Source: the human T2T-CHM13v2.0 reference genome, Homo sapiens. Taken from it: a stretch of DNA of 64,000 bases. Position numbers and translations under genes: made by a program. The DNA lies in NCBI RefSeq assembly GCF_009914755.1, contig NC_060931.1. One strand, written 5' to 3'. Positions within the stretch are counted from its first letter, which is position 1, and every line of letters starts with the position of its first letter. The notes under the pieces were generated by a model, which saw only the letters and a program-made list of their open reading frames with translations, made no database searches and was not told where the DNA came from. Shown in pieces: positions 1 through 16,976 of this stretch.

Positions 1-749
1 GTTGACATTATTCACAAAAAGAAACATTTTAGAGTGATTCAAGAAATAAACCAAATAAACCAAGCAATATATTTAATGAGAACCCTGCACACCAATGGAC
101 AAGAAAACCACAAACAAATAAGCAAGCAAAACAAAATTAACAGATATACACACAAAGCCACACACAAACACACCCCCAAAACACCCCTTCTTTTGCTATG
201 CTTAGATATTTTATATCCTGTGCACAATACTCTTCCAAATTCTAGTTAATGCATTGGTCCTTGAAATTTTGATTTAATGATATGATTTGGCATAAATTAA
301 AAGAAATCACAGTTCTGAAAGAGTATATCAATGTTTCAAATCGTCCAAGATAATTTTGGCATTTATTGTACTTCGCCACTCCACATATCATAAAGTAGTT
401 TTTTAGATAAAGAATTACAGCCCCACAGAAAATATGTTAGATTTTCACGCAGAGAGCATTCCACTACTGTGATTCAGTCAGAACACATTTCATCTGTTGT
501 AGTCAAAAAAGAAATGACAGATTGTTAAAAGAGGATGAACTTCTGATTAATAGAAATGCACACATGGCTACAGAAAAATGACTTGTTGAGAAATCTAAAT
601 AAAACTAACAGCAAAAGTATTAAAAGACACAAGAAATGTCAAGTTATAATAATTAGTTTGCACCCATTCAAACATGCTGATTATAATTTATAATTTTACA
701 AATATTCAAAAACTTTAATAGTTGAGACAGTTTAAGAACTAATGGTGAA

Positions 750-2570
750 ACTAAAATAAGTATTTAAAATGCCAATTTTTTTTCCTCATGATTGTCCTCT
801 CCTTTCTGAATTTTGTGTAAGTTATTATCTGGCTTCCCTTTGTAATTTTACTGTATCTGTATGTGCTCCTAAACAATGTATCATTTAGTTTAGCCTTATT
901 TGTAAAAATGAAATCATTTAGTATGTATTCTTCTGGTACTTTTATTTCAATCAACATTATTTTTTTGAGATCCATCCAGGCCGTGTATAGTTCAATCATT
1001 TTCAGTGTCATGTAGCACTCAACTGTAAGAATGTACAGCAATTTACTCTTAGTTTTACTGTCAATGGATATAAGTTGTTTGATGTTTTTTGGTTTTTAAT
1101 TTTCTTTTTACTTACAATGATGCTATAAACATGTCTACATTTCCTGACATTATGTGCAAGAGTATCTCTAGAGTATTTATCTATGGAGTGGAATTTTGGA
1201 CTGGTAGAGTGTGTGCATATTTAAATTTATCAGGTAATACAAATTTGTTTTCCTTAGTGTTGCTAGCAAACTGTACTCCTACCTACAGTGTGCATCTTTC
1301 TTTCTTTACATCCTCACCAACGCTTAACAATGAAAAACACTGTTTTGACAATCTGGTAAGGTAAAGTCAAACTTTTTATTATTAAATAGCATCATTACTA
1401 TTAATAAGCCCAGACATCTATTCATTTTATTAGACTTCCATGTTTCCTTAGTGACTTGACTATTTGTGCCTATGTCAATTTTCTATTGTCATTTGCCTTT
1501 TACTGATTGATTAGTAGAAATATTTTATATATTTTGGGGACAATACTTTGTCAGTTATTACCATTGCAAGTATCTTTCCCAGAGGGAGTTTTGTTTCGTA
1601 ACTTTCTTTATGGTATATTTTGATGAGTAGTTGTTCTTAAAATTTTTTTGAAATTAAGCTTTATATGTTGAGTTAGCTTTATTTTAAAACACAGTTGAAG
1701 AAATGAAGCAAAGAGAACATTTGTATCCTTCAACCGATTTCCCCCAATGGCAACAACTTGAAAAACTGTAATGCAGTTTTTATATACAGCCCGTATACTA
1801 ACATTTTTATAGTTTAAATACAAAGCACTTTCAGCTATACAAGAATCCCTCCCTTTTATAGCCATATCTACCTCCTTTTCCAACACCCTTAATCCCTGGC
1901 AATGACTACTATGTTATCCAGCTCTATGATTTTGTCATTTCAAGAATGTTATATAAATAAAATCAAACAATGTGTAATTTTTTGAGATTGCCTTTTCACA
2001 CTTAGCTTAGTTCTCTAGAGATTCATCTAGACTTGTTTGTACAACCATAGGTCATTACTTTTTATTACCCAGTGATATTTTATGATACGAGCGAACCAAA
2101 GTCTATTCACACATTAATGTTTCCACATTTTGGCTATTATAAGTGAAATTGCAGTAAATATTTCTCTACACGTTTTTGTGGAAGCATACGTGTTCATATC
2201 CCTGATATAAATACCCAGGCTTACAGCTGCTCAGTTATATAGTAGTTGAATGTTTAGTTTTTAAAGAAGCTGCCAAAATGCTACCTGAAGTGTCTATACA
2301 GTTTTACATTTCCACAAACAAGGTATGAGTAATCCATTTTCTCCACATCTTCACGAGTATTTGGTATTGTTACTATTTTTTTTTAAATTTCAGTCATCTT
2401 AATACATAGATAGGGATCTCTCATTGTGGTTTTAATTTACATTTCCCTAGTGGTTAATGACATTGAGAATCTTTCCTTCTTTTATTTGCCATTTGGAATG
2501 TTTCTTCACTGAAATGTCTCTTTTATCTTTTGTCCATATCTAACTGAAATTTTTACAGTTGAGTTAAAAA
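750..2570 (-). mobile_element. Ancient L1M (L1MC/MD/ME-type) 3' fragments
   Basis: Decayed antisense L1 3'-end and ORF2 C-terminal motifs, e.g. 'tttcccccaatggcaacaacttg' (~1740) and 'atctctcattgtggttttaatttacatttccctagtggttaatga' (~2415). Boundaries approximate. Confidence 0.65.
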
Positions 2571-2574
2571 AAAA

Positions 2575-2764
2575 GCTTTATTTAATGTGTAGTTGTTGTA
2601 AAATAAAACTGCATATATTTAATGTATTCAATTTAGTGGTTTTGAACATATGCATACAACCATGAAACCATCACCGCAATAAAGGCAATATACATCCCTC
2701 ACTTCCAAAAGTTTTCTCATGCATCTTTTTTCTTTTGGTTGTTTAATTGCGTATGTGTGTGTGC

Positions 2765-2804
<40 letters not shown>

Positions 2805-2972
2805 ATATTTGAAATCTACTTGCTTAACACATTTTTAAGTGTACAATACAGTAATGTTAAAATACTGGCAATACAATATACTACAGATCTCTAGAATGTA
2901 TTCATCTTACATAACTAAAACTTTACACCCATTGAACAATTCCCCATTTCTGCCTCCCCTTTAGCCCTTTCT
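2575..2972 (-). mobile_element. L1MA8/9-like element, 3' end (segment 1 of 3)
   Basis: L1MA 3'UTR motifs 'tacagatctctagaatgtattcatcttacataactaaaactttacacccattgaac'; continues colinearly at ~9149. Confidence 0.75.
2753..2800. repeat. (TG)n microsatellite
   Basis: Seen directly. Confidence 0.95.
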
Positions 2973-3198
2973 TTTTTTTTAAATTTTATTATTATTATAC
3001 TTTAAGTTTTAGGGTACATGTGCACAATGTGTAGGTGTGTTATATATGTATACATGTGCCATGTTGGTGTGCTGCACCCATTAACTCCTCATTTAGCATT
3101 AGGTATATCTCCTAATGCTATCTCTCTCCACTCCCCCGACCCCACAACAGTCCCCAGAGTGTGATGTTCCCCTTTCTGTGTCCATGTGTTCTCATTGT

Positions 3199-7022
<3,824 letters not shown>

Positions 7023-7085
7023 TATGATGTTAGCTGGTTATTTTGCTCATTAGTTGATGCAGTTTCTTCCTAGTCTGGATGGTCT

Positions 7086-8102
7086 TTACAATTTGTCATG
7101 TTTTTGCAGTGGCTGGTACTGGTTGTTCCTTTCCATGTTTAATGCTTCCTTCAGGAGCTCTTTTAGGGCAGGCCTGGTGGTGACAAAATCTCTCAGCATT
7201 TGCTTGTCTGTAAAGTATTTTATTTCTCCTTCACTTATGAAGCTTAGTATGGCTGGATATGAAATTCTGGGTTGAAAATTCGTTTCTTTAAGAACGTTGA
7301 ATATTGGCCCCCACTCTCTTCTGGCTTGTAGAGTTTCTGCTGAGAGATCCACTGTTAGTCTGATGCGCTTCCCTTTATAGGTAACCTGACCTTTCTCTCT
7401 GGCTGCCCTTAACATTTTTTCCTTCATTTCAACTTTGGTGAATCTGACAATTATGTGTCTTGGAGTTGCTCTTCTCGAGGAGCATCTTTGTGGTGTTCTC
7501 TCTATTTCCTGAATCTGAATGTTGGCCTGCCTTGCTAGATTGGGGAAGTTCTCCTGGATAATATCCTGCAGAGTGTTTTCCAACTTGGTTCCATTCTCCC
7601 CATCACTTTCAGGTACACCAATCAGACGTAGATTTGGTCTTTTCACATAGTCGCATATTTCTTGGAGGCTTTGTTCGTTTCTTTTTATTCTTTTTTCCGT
7701 AAACTTCCCTTCTCGCTTCATTTCATTCATTTCGTCTTCCATCACTGATACCCTTTCTTCCAGTTGATCACAACAGCTCCTGAGGCTTCTGCATTCTTCA
7801 CGTAGTTCTCGAGCCTTGGCTTTCAGCTCCATCAGCTCCTTTAAGGACTTCTCCACATTGGTTATTCTAGTTAGCCATTCGTCAATTTTTTTTTCAAAGT
7901 TTTTAACTTCTTTGCCTTTGGTTTGAATTTCTTCCTGTAGCTCGGAGTAGTTTGATCGTCTGAAGCCTTCTTCTCTCAACTCGTCAAAGTAATTCTCCAC
8001 CCAGCTTTGTTCCATTGCTGGTGAGGAACTGTGTTCCTTTGGAGGAGGAGAGGTGCTCTGCTTTTTAGAGTTTCCAGTTTTTCTTCTCTGTTTTTTCCCC
8101 AT
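7086..8102 (-). CDS. ORF1: L1 ORF1p (RNA-binding chaperone: coiled coil, RRM, CTD), intact 338-aa frame
   Basis: Full 338-aa ORF MGKKQ...HDKL. REKG and ARR motifs intact; YPAKLS reads YPAILS. Confidence 0.93.
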   Translation of the reverse strand: MGKKQRRKTGNSKKQSTSPPPKEHSSSPAMEQSWVENYFDELREEGFRRSNYSELQEEIQTKGKEVKNFEKKIDEWLTRITNVEKSLKELMELKAKARELREECRSLRSCCDQLEERVSVMEDEMNEMKREGKFTEKRIKRNEQSLQEICDYVKRPNLRLIGVPESDGENGTKLENTLQDIIQENFPNLARQANIQIQEIERTPQRCSSRRATPRHIIVRFTKVEMKEKMLRAAREKGQVTYKGKRIRLTVDLSAETLQARREWGPIFNVLKETNFQPRISYPAILSFISEGEIKYFTDKQMLRDFVTTRPALKELLKEALNMERNNQYQPLQKHDKL

Positions 8103-9143
8103 CTTTGTGGTTTTATCTACTTCTGGTCTTTGATGATGGTGACATACAGATGGGTTTTTGGTGTGGATGTCCTTTCTGTTTGTTAGTTTTCCTTCTAACA
8201 GACGGGACCCTCAGCTGCAGGTCTGTTGGAATTTGCTAGAGGTCCACTCCAGACCCTGTTTGCCTGGGTATCAGCAGCAGTGGCTGCAGAACAGCAATGG
8301 CTGTAGAACAGTGGATTTTGGTGAACCGCAAATGCTGCTGCCTGATCTTTCCTCTGGAAGTTTTGTCTCAGAGGAGTACCCAGCCGTGTGAGGTGTCAGT
8401 CTGCCCCTACTGGGGGATGCCTCCCAGTTAGGCTGCTCAGGGGTCAGGTACCCACTTGAGGAGGCAGTTTGCCCGTTCTCAGATCTCCAGCTGTGTGCTG
8501 GGAGAACCACTACTCTCTTCAAAGCTGTCAGACAGGGACATTTAAGTCTGCAGAGTTTACTGCTGTATTTTTGTCTGTGCTCTGCCCCCAGAGGTGGAGC
8601 CTACAGAGGCAGGCAGGCCTCCTTGAGCTGTGGTGGGCTCCACCCAGTTGGAGCTTCCAGGCTGCTCTGTTTACCTAATCAAGGCTGAGCAATGGCAGGT
8701 GCCCCTCCCCCAGCCTTGCTGCCACCTTGCGGTTTGATCTCAGACTGCTGTGCTAGCAATCAGCGACGCTCTGTGGGCATAGGACCCTCCGAGCCAGGTG
8801 CGGGATATAATCTCCTGATGTGCCATTTTTTAAGCCTGTTGGAAAAGCTCAGTATTAGGGTGGGAGTGACCTGATTTTCCAGGTGCCATCTGTCACCCCT
8901 TTCTTTGACTAGGAAAGGGAACTCCCTGACCCCTTGCACTTCCTGAGTGAGGCAATGCCTCGCCCTGCTTCAGCTTGCACACGGTGTGCTGCACCCACTG
9001 TCCTGCACCCACTGTCTGGCATTCCCTAGTGAGATGAACCCGGTACCTCAGATGGAAATGCAGAAATCACCCGTCTTCTGCGTCGCTCACGCTGGGAGCT
9101 GTAGACTGGAGCTGTTCCTATTAGGCCGTCTTGGCTCCACCCC
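8103..9143 (-). promoter_or_regulatory. L1 5'UTR: internal sense promoter plus antisense promoter
   Basis: L1PA 5'UTR sequence. Retains the segment (8232-8376) absent from L1PA2/L1HS. YY1 motif altered to CAAGACGGCC (9124-9133). Confidence 0.85.
8692..8874 (+). pseudogene. ORF0: L1 ORF0 (antisense ORF), truncated to 60 of 71 aa
   Basis: MAGAPPPALLPPCGLISDCCASNQ... matches primate ORF0; CGA to TGA stop at 8872-8874. Confidence 0.85.
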
Positions 9144-9148
9144 TCCCT

Positions 9149-10198
9149 TTTAGCCCTTTCTAACCATTCTAACCTGTGTGTCTATGAGTTTGACAGTTTT
9201 AGATGCCTCATATAAATGGGATCATGCAGTATTTGACTTTCTGTGGATAGCATATCACTAGTATAATATTCTCCAGGTTCATCAACACTATTGCAAATGG
9301 CAGCATTTTCTTCTTTTTAAAGCAGAATAATATTCCATTGTATGCATACACTATATTTCTTTATTTGTTCATTTGCCATTGGACATTTTTTTGTTTTCAT
9401 ATTTTGGCTATTGTGAATAATGTTGCAATGAATGTGGGAGCACAGATATCTCTTCAAGATACTGACTCCATTTCCTTTGGATATAGAATTGTCAAATCAT
9501 ATAGTTTTGTTTTTAATTTTTTGAGAAACCACCAAACTGTTTTACACAGTAACAACACCATTTTATATTCCCACCATGTACAAGGGTTTCCATTTTTTCA
9601 CATCCTTACCATCACTTATCTTTTGACACACATATTTGCTATTGAGTGTCACAGTTCTTTATGTATTTTAGATATAACCCCTTACCAGATATATGAACTT
9701 AAAATATTTTTCCCATTCTGTAGGTTGCCTTTTCACTCTCTTGACTCTTTTCTTTGCTGCACAGAAGCTTCTTAGTTTGACATAGTTTTACTTGTCTGGA
9801 TTTGCTTTTTTTTTTATGCTTCTGGTGTTATGCCCAAGAAATCATTGCCAAGACAAATGTCAAGAAGCACTTCCCCTACCTTTTTCTCAAAGAGTTTTAT
9901 GGATTCAGGTCTTACTTTTAAGTCCTTAGTCCATTTTGAGTTGATTTTTTTTGTATGGTGTAAGTTAAGGGTCCAATTTCATTTTCTTTTTTTGCATGGG
10001 GACATTCAGTTTCCCAATACCATTTGTTGAAAAGAATATCCTTTCCTCATTGTGCATTCTTGGCAGTTTCACCAAAGATCACTTGACTGTATACGTATGA
10101 GTTTACTTCTTGGGTCCCTATTTTCTTCCACTGGTCACTATGACTGTCTTTATGTCAGTTCCATACCCTTTTAATCACTTTGGCTTTTTAGTATATTT
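9149..10198 (-). mobile_element. L1MA8/9-like element (segment 2)
   Basis: Resumes the 3'UTR and ORF2 C-terminus where segment 1 stopped ('accattctaacctgtgtgtctatgagtttgac'). Confidence 0.75.
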
Positions 10199-13100
10199 AA
10201 TTTTTTTATTTTTAATATTTTGTGGGTACATAATAGGTATATATATTTATGGGGTATGAGAGATATTTTGGTACAAGCCTATAATGTGTAATAATCACAT
10301 CAGGGTAAATGGGGTATCCATCACCTCAAGTATTTATCCTTTTTTGTGTTATAAACAATCTAATTACAACTCTTAGTTATTTTAAAATGTACAATAAAAT
10401 ATTGTTGACTGTAGTCACACTGTTGAGCTAGATCTTATTCATTCTATGTAAGTATATTAATGTACTCATTAATCATTCTTACTTTTCTCCCACCTCCCTC
10501 ACTACCTTCCCAGCCTCTGGTAACCATCCTTCTCTCTATCTTCATGAGTTCAATAGTTTTAATTTTTAGTTCCCACAAATAAGTGAGAATGTGTGAAGTT
10601 TCTATTTCTGTGCTTGGCTTATTTCAATTAACATAATGACCTCTAGTTCCCTCCATGTTGTTGCAAATGACAGGATCTAATTTTTTTTTATTATTGCTGA
10701 ATAGTACTTCACTGTGTATATGTACTACATTTTCTTTATCCATTTAACTATCGATGGATATTTAGGTTGCTTTCAATCTTGGCTATTGTGAACAGTACTG
10801 CAACAAGCTCAGCAGTGCAGATGTATCTTCAATATACTGACTTCCTTTCTTTTGTGTATCTACCTAGCAGTGGGATGCTGGAGCATATGGCAGCAGTATT
10901 TTTAGTTTTTTGATGAACCTCCAAACTGTTCTCCATATTGTTTGTACTGATTTGCATTCCCACCAACAGGGTACAAGGATTCCTTTTATATAACATCCTC
11001 GCCAGCATTTACTATTGCCTGTCTTTTGGATAAAAGTCATTTCAATTGGAGTGAAATGCTATCTCATTGTAGTTTTGATTTGCGTTTCTCTGATGATCAA
11101 TGATGTTGAGCACATTTCCATATACCTGTTTGTCATTTGTACATCTTTTCAGAAATGCCTATTCAAATCTTTGCCTAATTTTAATCACATTATTAGATTT
11201 TCTCTTATTGATTTGAGCTCATTATAGATTCTAGTTATTAATCCCTTGCCAGACAGATAGTTTGCAAATATTTTCTTCCATTCTGTGGGCTGTCTCTTTA
11301 CTTTTTTGATTGTTTATTTCATTATACAGAAGCTTTTTAACTTGATGTAATCCTATTTTTCCATTTTTACTTTCATTGACTGTGTTTGTGGGATATTACT
11401 CAAGAAATCTTTACCCAGACCAATGTCCTGAAGAGTTTCTCCTACGTTTTCTTGTAATCGTTTCATGGTTTGAGGTCTTAAATTTAAGTCTTTAATTCTT
11501 TATGATTTCATCTTTACAAGCAAGAGATAAGAATCTAGTTTCATTCTTCTGCATATGCACATCCAGTTTTCCCAGCACCATTTATTGAAGAGACTGTCTT
11601 TTCACCACTGTATGTTCATGGCAACTTTATAAAAAAATGAGTTCACTGTAGGTGTATGGATTTGTTTCTGCGTTTTCTCTTCTGTTCCACTGATCTATGG
11701 GTCTGGTTTTATGCCAGCATCATGCTATTTTGGTTACTATATCTCTGTAGTATAATCTGTAGTATAATGTGATTCCCCCAGTTTGTTTTTTTGTTTGTTT
11801 TTTTTTGTTTTTTTAGTTTAAAATGGTTTTGGGTATTCTGAGTCTTTTGTGATTCCGTACAGATTTTAGAATTGTGTTTTACTATATTTTATGAAGAATA
11901 CCATTGGCATTTTAATAGAGATTGCATTGAATCTTTAGTGTAGATATTTTTACAAAATTTATTCTTCCAATTTATGATCATGAAATATCTTTCAATTTTT
12001 TGTCCTTTTCTATGTTTTATAGTTTTCCTTGTAGAGATCTTTCATATCTTTGCATAAGTTAGTTCCTAGGTATTTTATTTTATTTGCAGCTATTATAAAA
12101 TGGAATCACTTTCTTGATTTCTTTTTCTGATTGTTCACTGTTGGCATATAGAAATGCTCCTGATTTTAGAAGGCTGACTTTGTATCCTGCAAATTTACTG
12201 GCTTCCTTTATCAAATCTTATAATTTTTTGGTGCAGTCTCTAGGTTTTTTTAAAATATAAGATCATGTTGTCTGCAAACAAAGATAATTTGACTTTCTCT
12301 TTCCTAATTGTGATGCCCTTTATTTTTTTTCTTGTCTTCCAGTACTATGTTGAATAACAGTGGTGAAAGTGGGCATCTTTGTTATGTTCCAGATCATAAG
12401 TACAGGCTTTCAGTTTTTTCCCATTCAGTATGATGGGCCTGTGATACATGGCATTTATTGTGGTGAGGTATGGTCTTTCTATACCCATTTTTTAGAGTGG
12501 TTATTGTAACAGAATGTTGAATTTTAACAAATGCTTTTCAGCATCAATTCAAATAATTATATGGTTTTTGTCTTTCATTCTGTTAATATGATGTATCACA
12601 TTGATTGATTTGCCTGTGATGAAACTTTCTTGTATCCTTCGAGTAAATCCCACTTGGTCATGTTGAATGAACTTTTTAATATGTTGTTGACTTCAATTTG
12701 CTAGTATTTTGTTGAAGATTTTTGCATCAATGTTCATCAGTGATATTGGCCTGTAGTTTTCTTTTTTTTTTCTTCATGTGTCCTTATCTGGTTTTGTATC
12801 AGGGTAACACTGGCCTTGTAGAATAGGTTTGGAAGTATTCCTTTCTATTCTATTTTTCAGAATACTTTGAGTAGAATTGGTATTAGTTTTCTTTAAATAT
12901 TTGGTAGAATTCAGCAGTGAAGCTGTCGGGTCCCAGGCTTTTCTTTGCTGAGATACTTTTTATTACAGCTCCGATCTTGTTACTTGTTATATTTCTCTGT
13001 TCAGGTTTTGGATTTTTTCATGGTTCAATCTTTGTAGGTGGTATGTATCTAGCAATTCATACAGTTCTTCTAGATTTCCCAATTTATTGGCATATAGTTT

Positions 13101-16100
13101 CTCAGTAGCCTCTAATGATCCTTTGAATTTCTGCAGTACCAATCCTAATACCTCCTTTATGATCTCTCAATGTATTTATTTGGGCCTTCTCTCTTTTTTA
13201 TTAGTTAGTCTAACTAAAGATTTGTAAATTTTATTTATGTTTCCCAAAAATATCCTTTTAGTTCATTAATCTTCTGCATTGTTTTCTTCACTTCTATTTC
13301 ATTCATTTCTGCATTGTTTTCTTTTTCATTGTTTTTCATTTCTATTTATTTCTCCTCTGAATTTATAATTTCTTTTTTCCTGTGAATTTTACATTTTGTT
13401 TACTCTTGTTGTTTTTGTCCTTTAAGAGGCATTGTTAGGTTGTTTATTTGAAGTTTTTCTACTTTGTTGATGTAGGCTCTTATACCTATAAACTTTCCTC
13501 ATAGTACTGCTTTTGGTGTGTCTTAAAGGTGTTGGTAGGTTGTGTTTCCATTAACATTTGTTTCAAGAAATACTTTAATTTCCTTCTTATTTACTTTATT
13601 GACCCATTCAGGAGCATATTGTTGAATGTGCATGTGTTTGAATAGTTTCCAAAGTTTCTCTTCTTAATGATTTCTAGTTTTCATTGTGGTCACAGAATAA
13701 GATACTTGATATAATTTCAAGTTTTTTGAATTTTTTAAGACTTGTTTTGTGATATATCCTATGGTCTACCCTTGAGAATAGCCCGTGTCCTAAGGAGAAG
13801 ACTGCATATTCTATAGCCATTAAATGAAATGTTCTGTATATATCTATTAAGTCCATTTATAGTGCAGGTTAAGTCTACTGTTTCTTTGTTAATTTACTGT
13901 CTGGATGATCTATCCAATGCTCAAAGTGGGGTGTTGATGTCACGCACTATTACTGTGTTAGAGTCTGTCTTTTTAGCTCTAATAATATTTGCTTTATATA
14001 TCTGCTCCAGTGTTGGGTGCATATATATTTAAAATCGTAATATCCTCTTGCTGAATTGACCACTTTATCCTTATATAATGACTGTCTTTGTATCTTCTCA
14101 TAGTTTGTCTTGAATTATATTTTGTCTGATATAAGTATAGCTACTCCTAGTCTTTATTGGTTTCCATTTGCATGAAATATCTTTTTCCATCTCTTTATTT
14201 TTAGTCTACGTGCATGTTTATAGATGAAGGGTATTTCTTCTAGGCAACAAATCATTGGGTCTTTTTTTAAATCCTTTCAGCCCTCTATGTCTTTTGATTT
14301 GAGTTTAATCCATTTGCATTCAGTATTATTGATAAAGACTTACCCATGCCATTTTGTTATTTGTTTTTTAAAAGGTGATTTTCTCTGGTGGTAATTTTTA
14401 ATTTATTGCCTTTTATTTTTTTGTATCTGTTATTTGAGGTTACCATTAGGCTTGCAAATAATATCTTGTAATCCATTATTTTAAACTGATGACAACTTAA
14501 AATTACATAAAAAAAGTAAAAAGAAAGCTAATAAAAATTCTACACTTTATCTCTCCACTTTTTAACTTTTTGTTTTTTATATTGATATCATATTGTACTG
14601 TCTATGTCTTGAAGAGTTGTTGTAATTGCTATTTTTGATCAGTTCATCTTTTAGTTTTTAAGACATGAGTAGTTTATACATCACAACTACAGTATTATAA
14701 TATTGTATGTTTTTCTTTGTATTTACTATTACCAGTGAGTTTTTTCCCTTAAGATAATTTCATATGGCTCTTTAACATCCTTTTTTTCATGTTAAAATAC
14801 TCCCATTAGCATTCCTTGAAGGACATAACTGGTATTGATAAAAAAAAAAAAAAAAAACCTCAACTTTTGCTTGTTTTGGAATGTCTTTTATTTTTTCTAG
14901 ATGTACTATTCTAGGATAAAACTGTTTTGGTTTTTTAAGCACATTAAATTCATCATGCCATTCTCGCTTGGCATATAAGATTTCCACTGAGATGTTTGCT
15001 GGCAGACATATTGGAGCTCCATTGTATTTTATTTGTTTCTTTTCTCGTTGCTTTTAGGATCGTTTCTTTATTCTTGACCCTTGGGGGTTTGCACATTTAA
15101 TGTCTTGATGTAATCTTATTCATGTTAAATCTTCTTTGTTTTCTGCAACCTTTTTGTATTTGAATATTTACATCTTTCTCTAGGTTTGGGAAGTTCTCTT
15201 TTATTATCCCTTTGAATGAACTTTCTTCCCCCATATTTCTATCTCTTCTTCAAAGTCAGTAACTCTTTTCTTTGCCCTTTTGAGGCTGTTTTCTAGATCT
15301 TATAGGCATTCTTCATTTTTTTATTTGTCTCCTGTGATTATGTATTTTTAAATAGCCTGTCTTCAAACTCACTAATTCTTTCTTTTGATTGATCAATTCT
15401 GCTATTAAGATACTCTGATGAATTCATCAGTATGTCATGGGCATTTTTCAACTCCAGAATGTCTACCTGATTCTTTTAAATTATTTCCATCTCTTTGTTA
15501 AATTTATCCAAAGGTATTATGAATTCTTTCTCTGTGTTATCTTGAATTTTGTTGCCTTTCAAAAAAAAGCTATTTTGAATTCTCTATCTGAAAGGTCACA
15601 TATCGCTATCTCTCCAGGGTTTGCTACTAGTACCTTATTTAGTTTGTTTGGTGAGGTTATGTTTTCCTGGATGGTCTGATGCTTGTGGATGTTCATCAGT
15701 GTCTGGGCATTGAAGATTTAGGTGTTTATTGTAGTCGTCACAGTCTGGGCACAGTCTGGGCTTGTTTCTGCCAGTTCTTCTTGAGAAGGCTTTCCAGGTA
15801 TTTGAAGTTACTTGAGTGTTGTGATCTTATTTTTGGTCACTGTAGCTGTATTTCCCTTAGGGGCCACCCAAAGCCCAGTAACATCATTGATCTTGCAGAC
15901 TCAGAGAAGTAGCAACTTGGTGGTCTTTATGAGATCCGAAGAATTCTTTGATTTACTATGCAAACACTCTGGTTCTCTTCCTTTCTTTCTCCCAAGCAAG
16001 TGAAGTCTCTCTGTGTTTTACACAAGGCCCACAGAGAGTACTGTCTGGTTACCACTGCTGATTATTCTGGGCCTGAGGGCTCCTTAATCAGCAAGCGATG

Positions 16101-16975
16101 AATTCTTTCAGTACGAGGTCCTTCCTTTCAAGGCAACAGGTACCCTTCTGGCCCAGGGTGTCTCTAGAAACGTCATCCAAGAATGAGAGCCTGGAATGGG
16201 TGCCTCAGGACTCTGCCCAGTACTCTGTCCTCATGTGGCTGAGCTGGTATCCAAGTTAAAAGACAAAATTTCTTTGCTCTTCCTTCTCCTCTCCTCAAGC
16301 AGAAGAAAGGAGTCCCAATTGGAGTTGCATGCTGTGTTGCCTGGGGTTAGGGGACATGTGGCACAAGCACCTCCTTGGTCACCCTGGCTGGTGTCTCACT
16401 AGGTTGGGTGCCCCCCATGTCTACTGGCTTTGAACCCAAAACAGCACCAGAAATTGACCAGGCATTGCAGTTCTTGTGAATTAAACTGCCTTTCAAGTTT
16501 ATTTAGAATACCAGAGCCCTTTAACCCATGGTGCTGAGGTTTGATGGAATGCAGATTCCAATGATTCCCCTCTGACTAAGGCTAGTCTAAATGCTCCCTC
16601 CATGGGCACTGATTGAGTTCTGTCCAGCATTGTTTTTGATGTGACTGGGCAGCACTAAGTTCCAATGCAATATCTCACAATCATTATGCTCTCCGTTTCC
16701 CAAAATCACAGATTCTACCTCCATGCCATGCTGCCACTGCTAAGGAATGTGGGAATTCAGCAATTCAAGACTGAATTCAATATAATCCAATTCCTACCCT
16801 CTTTGGTATCTTTTTCAGTGATATGAAGTTGAAACCAGGTACTGTGATTGCTTATCTGATTTTTGGTTCTTATGAAGGTGTGTGTGTGTGTAGATACTTG
16901 ATCGAGTTGGTGTTCCCAGGGAGAGATGCTAGGTGGAGGTTTCTCTTCAGCCATCTTGCTCCATCTTCTCCCTCC
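10199..16975 (-). mobile_element. Full-length L1MA3-like (L1M1-type) element, decayed
   Basis: L1MA2/3 3' end 'tgtgggtacataataggtatatatatttatgggg', decayed ORF2, spacer and ORF1, and a 5' end reading GGAGCAAGATGGCTGAA on the minus strand. Degenerate TSD gctttttagtatattt (10183-10198) / gctttgtaatatagttt (16977-16993). Confidence 0.85.
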
Positions 16976-16976
16976 A

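Noticed and set aside
11745-15762. Small tandem duplications in the L1MA3-like element (ctgtagtataat x2 at ~11745; cacagtctggg x2 at ~15739)
   Set aside because: Ordinary slippage mutations in neutral sequence.
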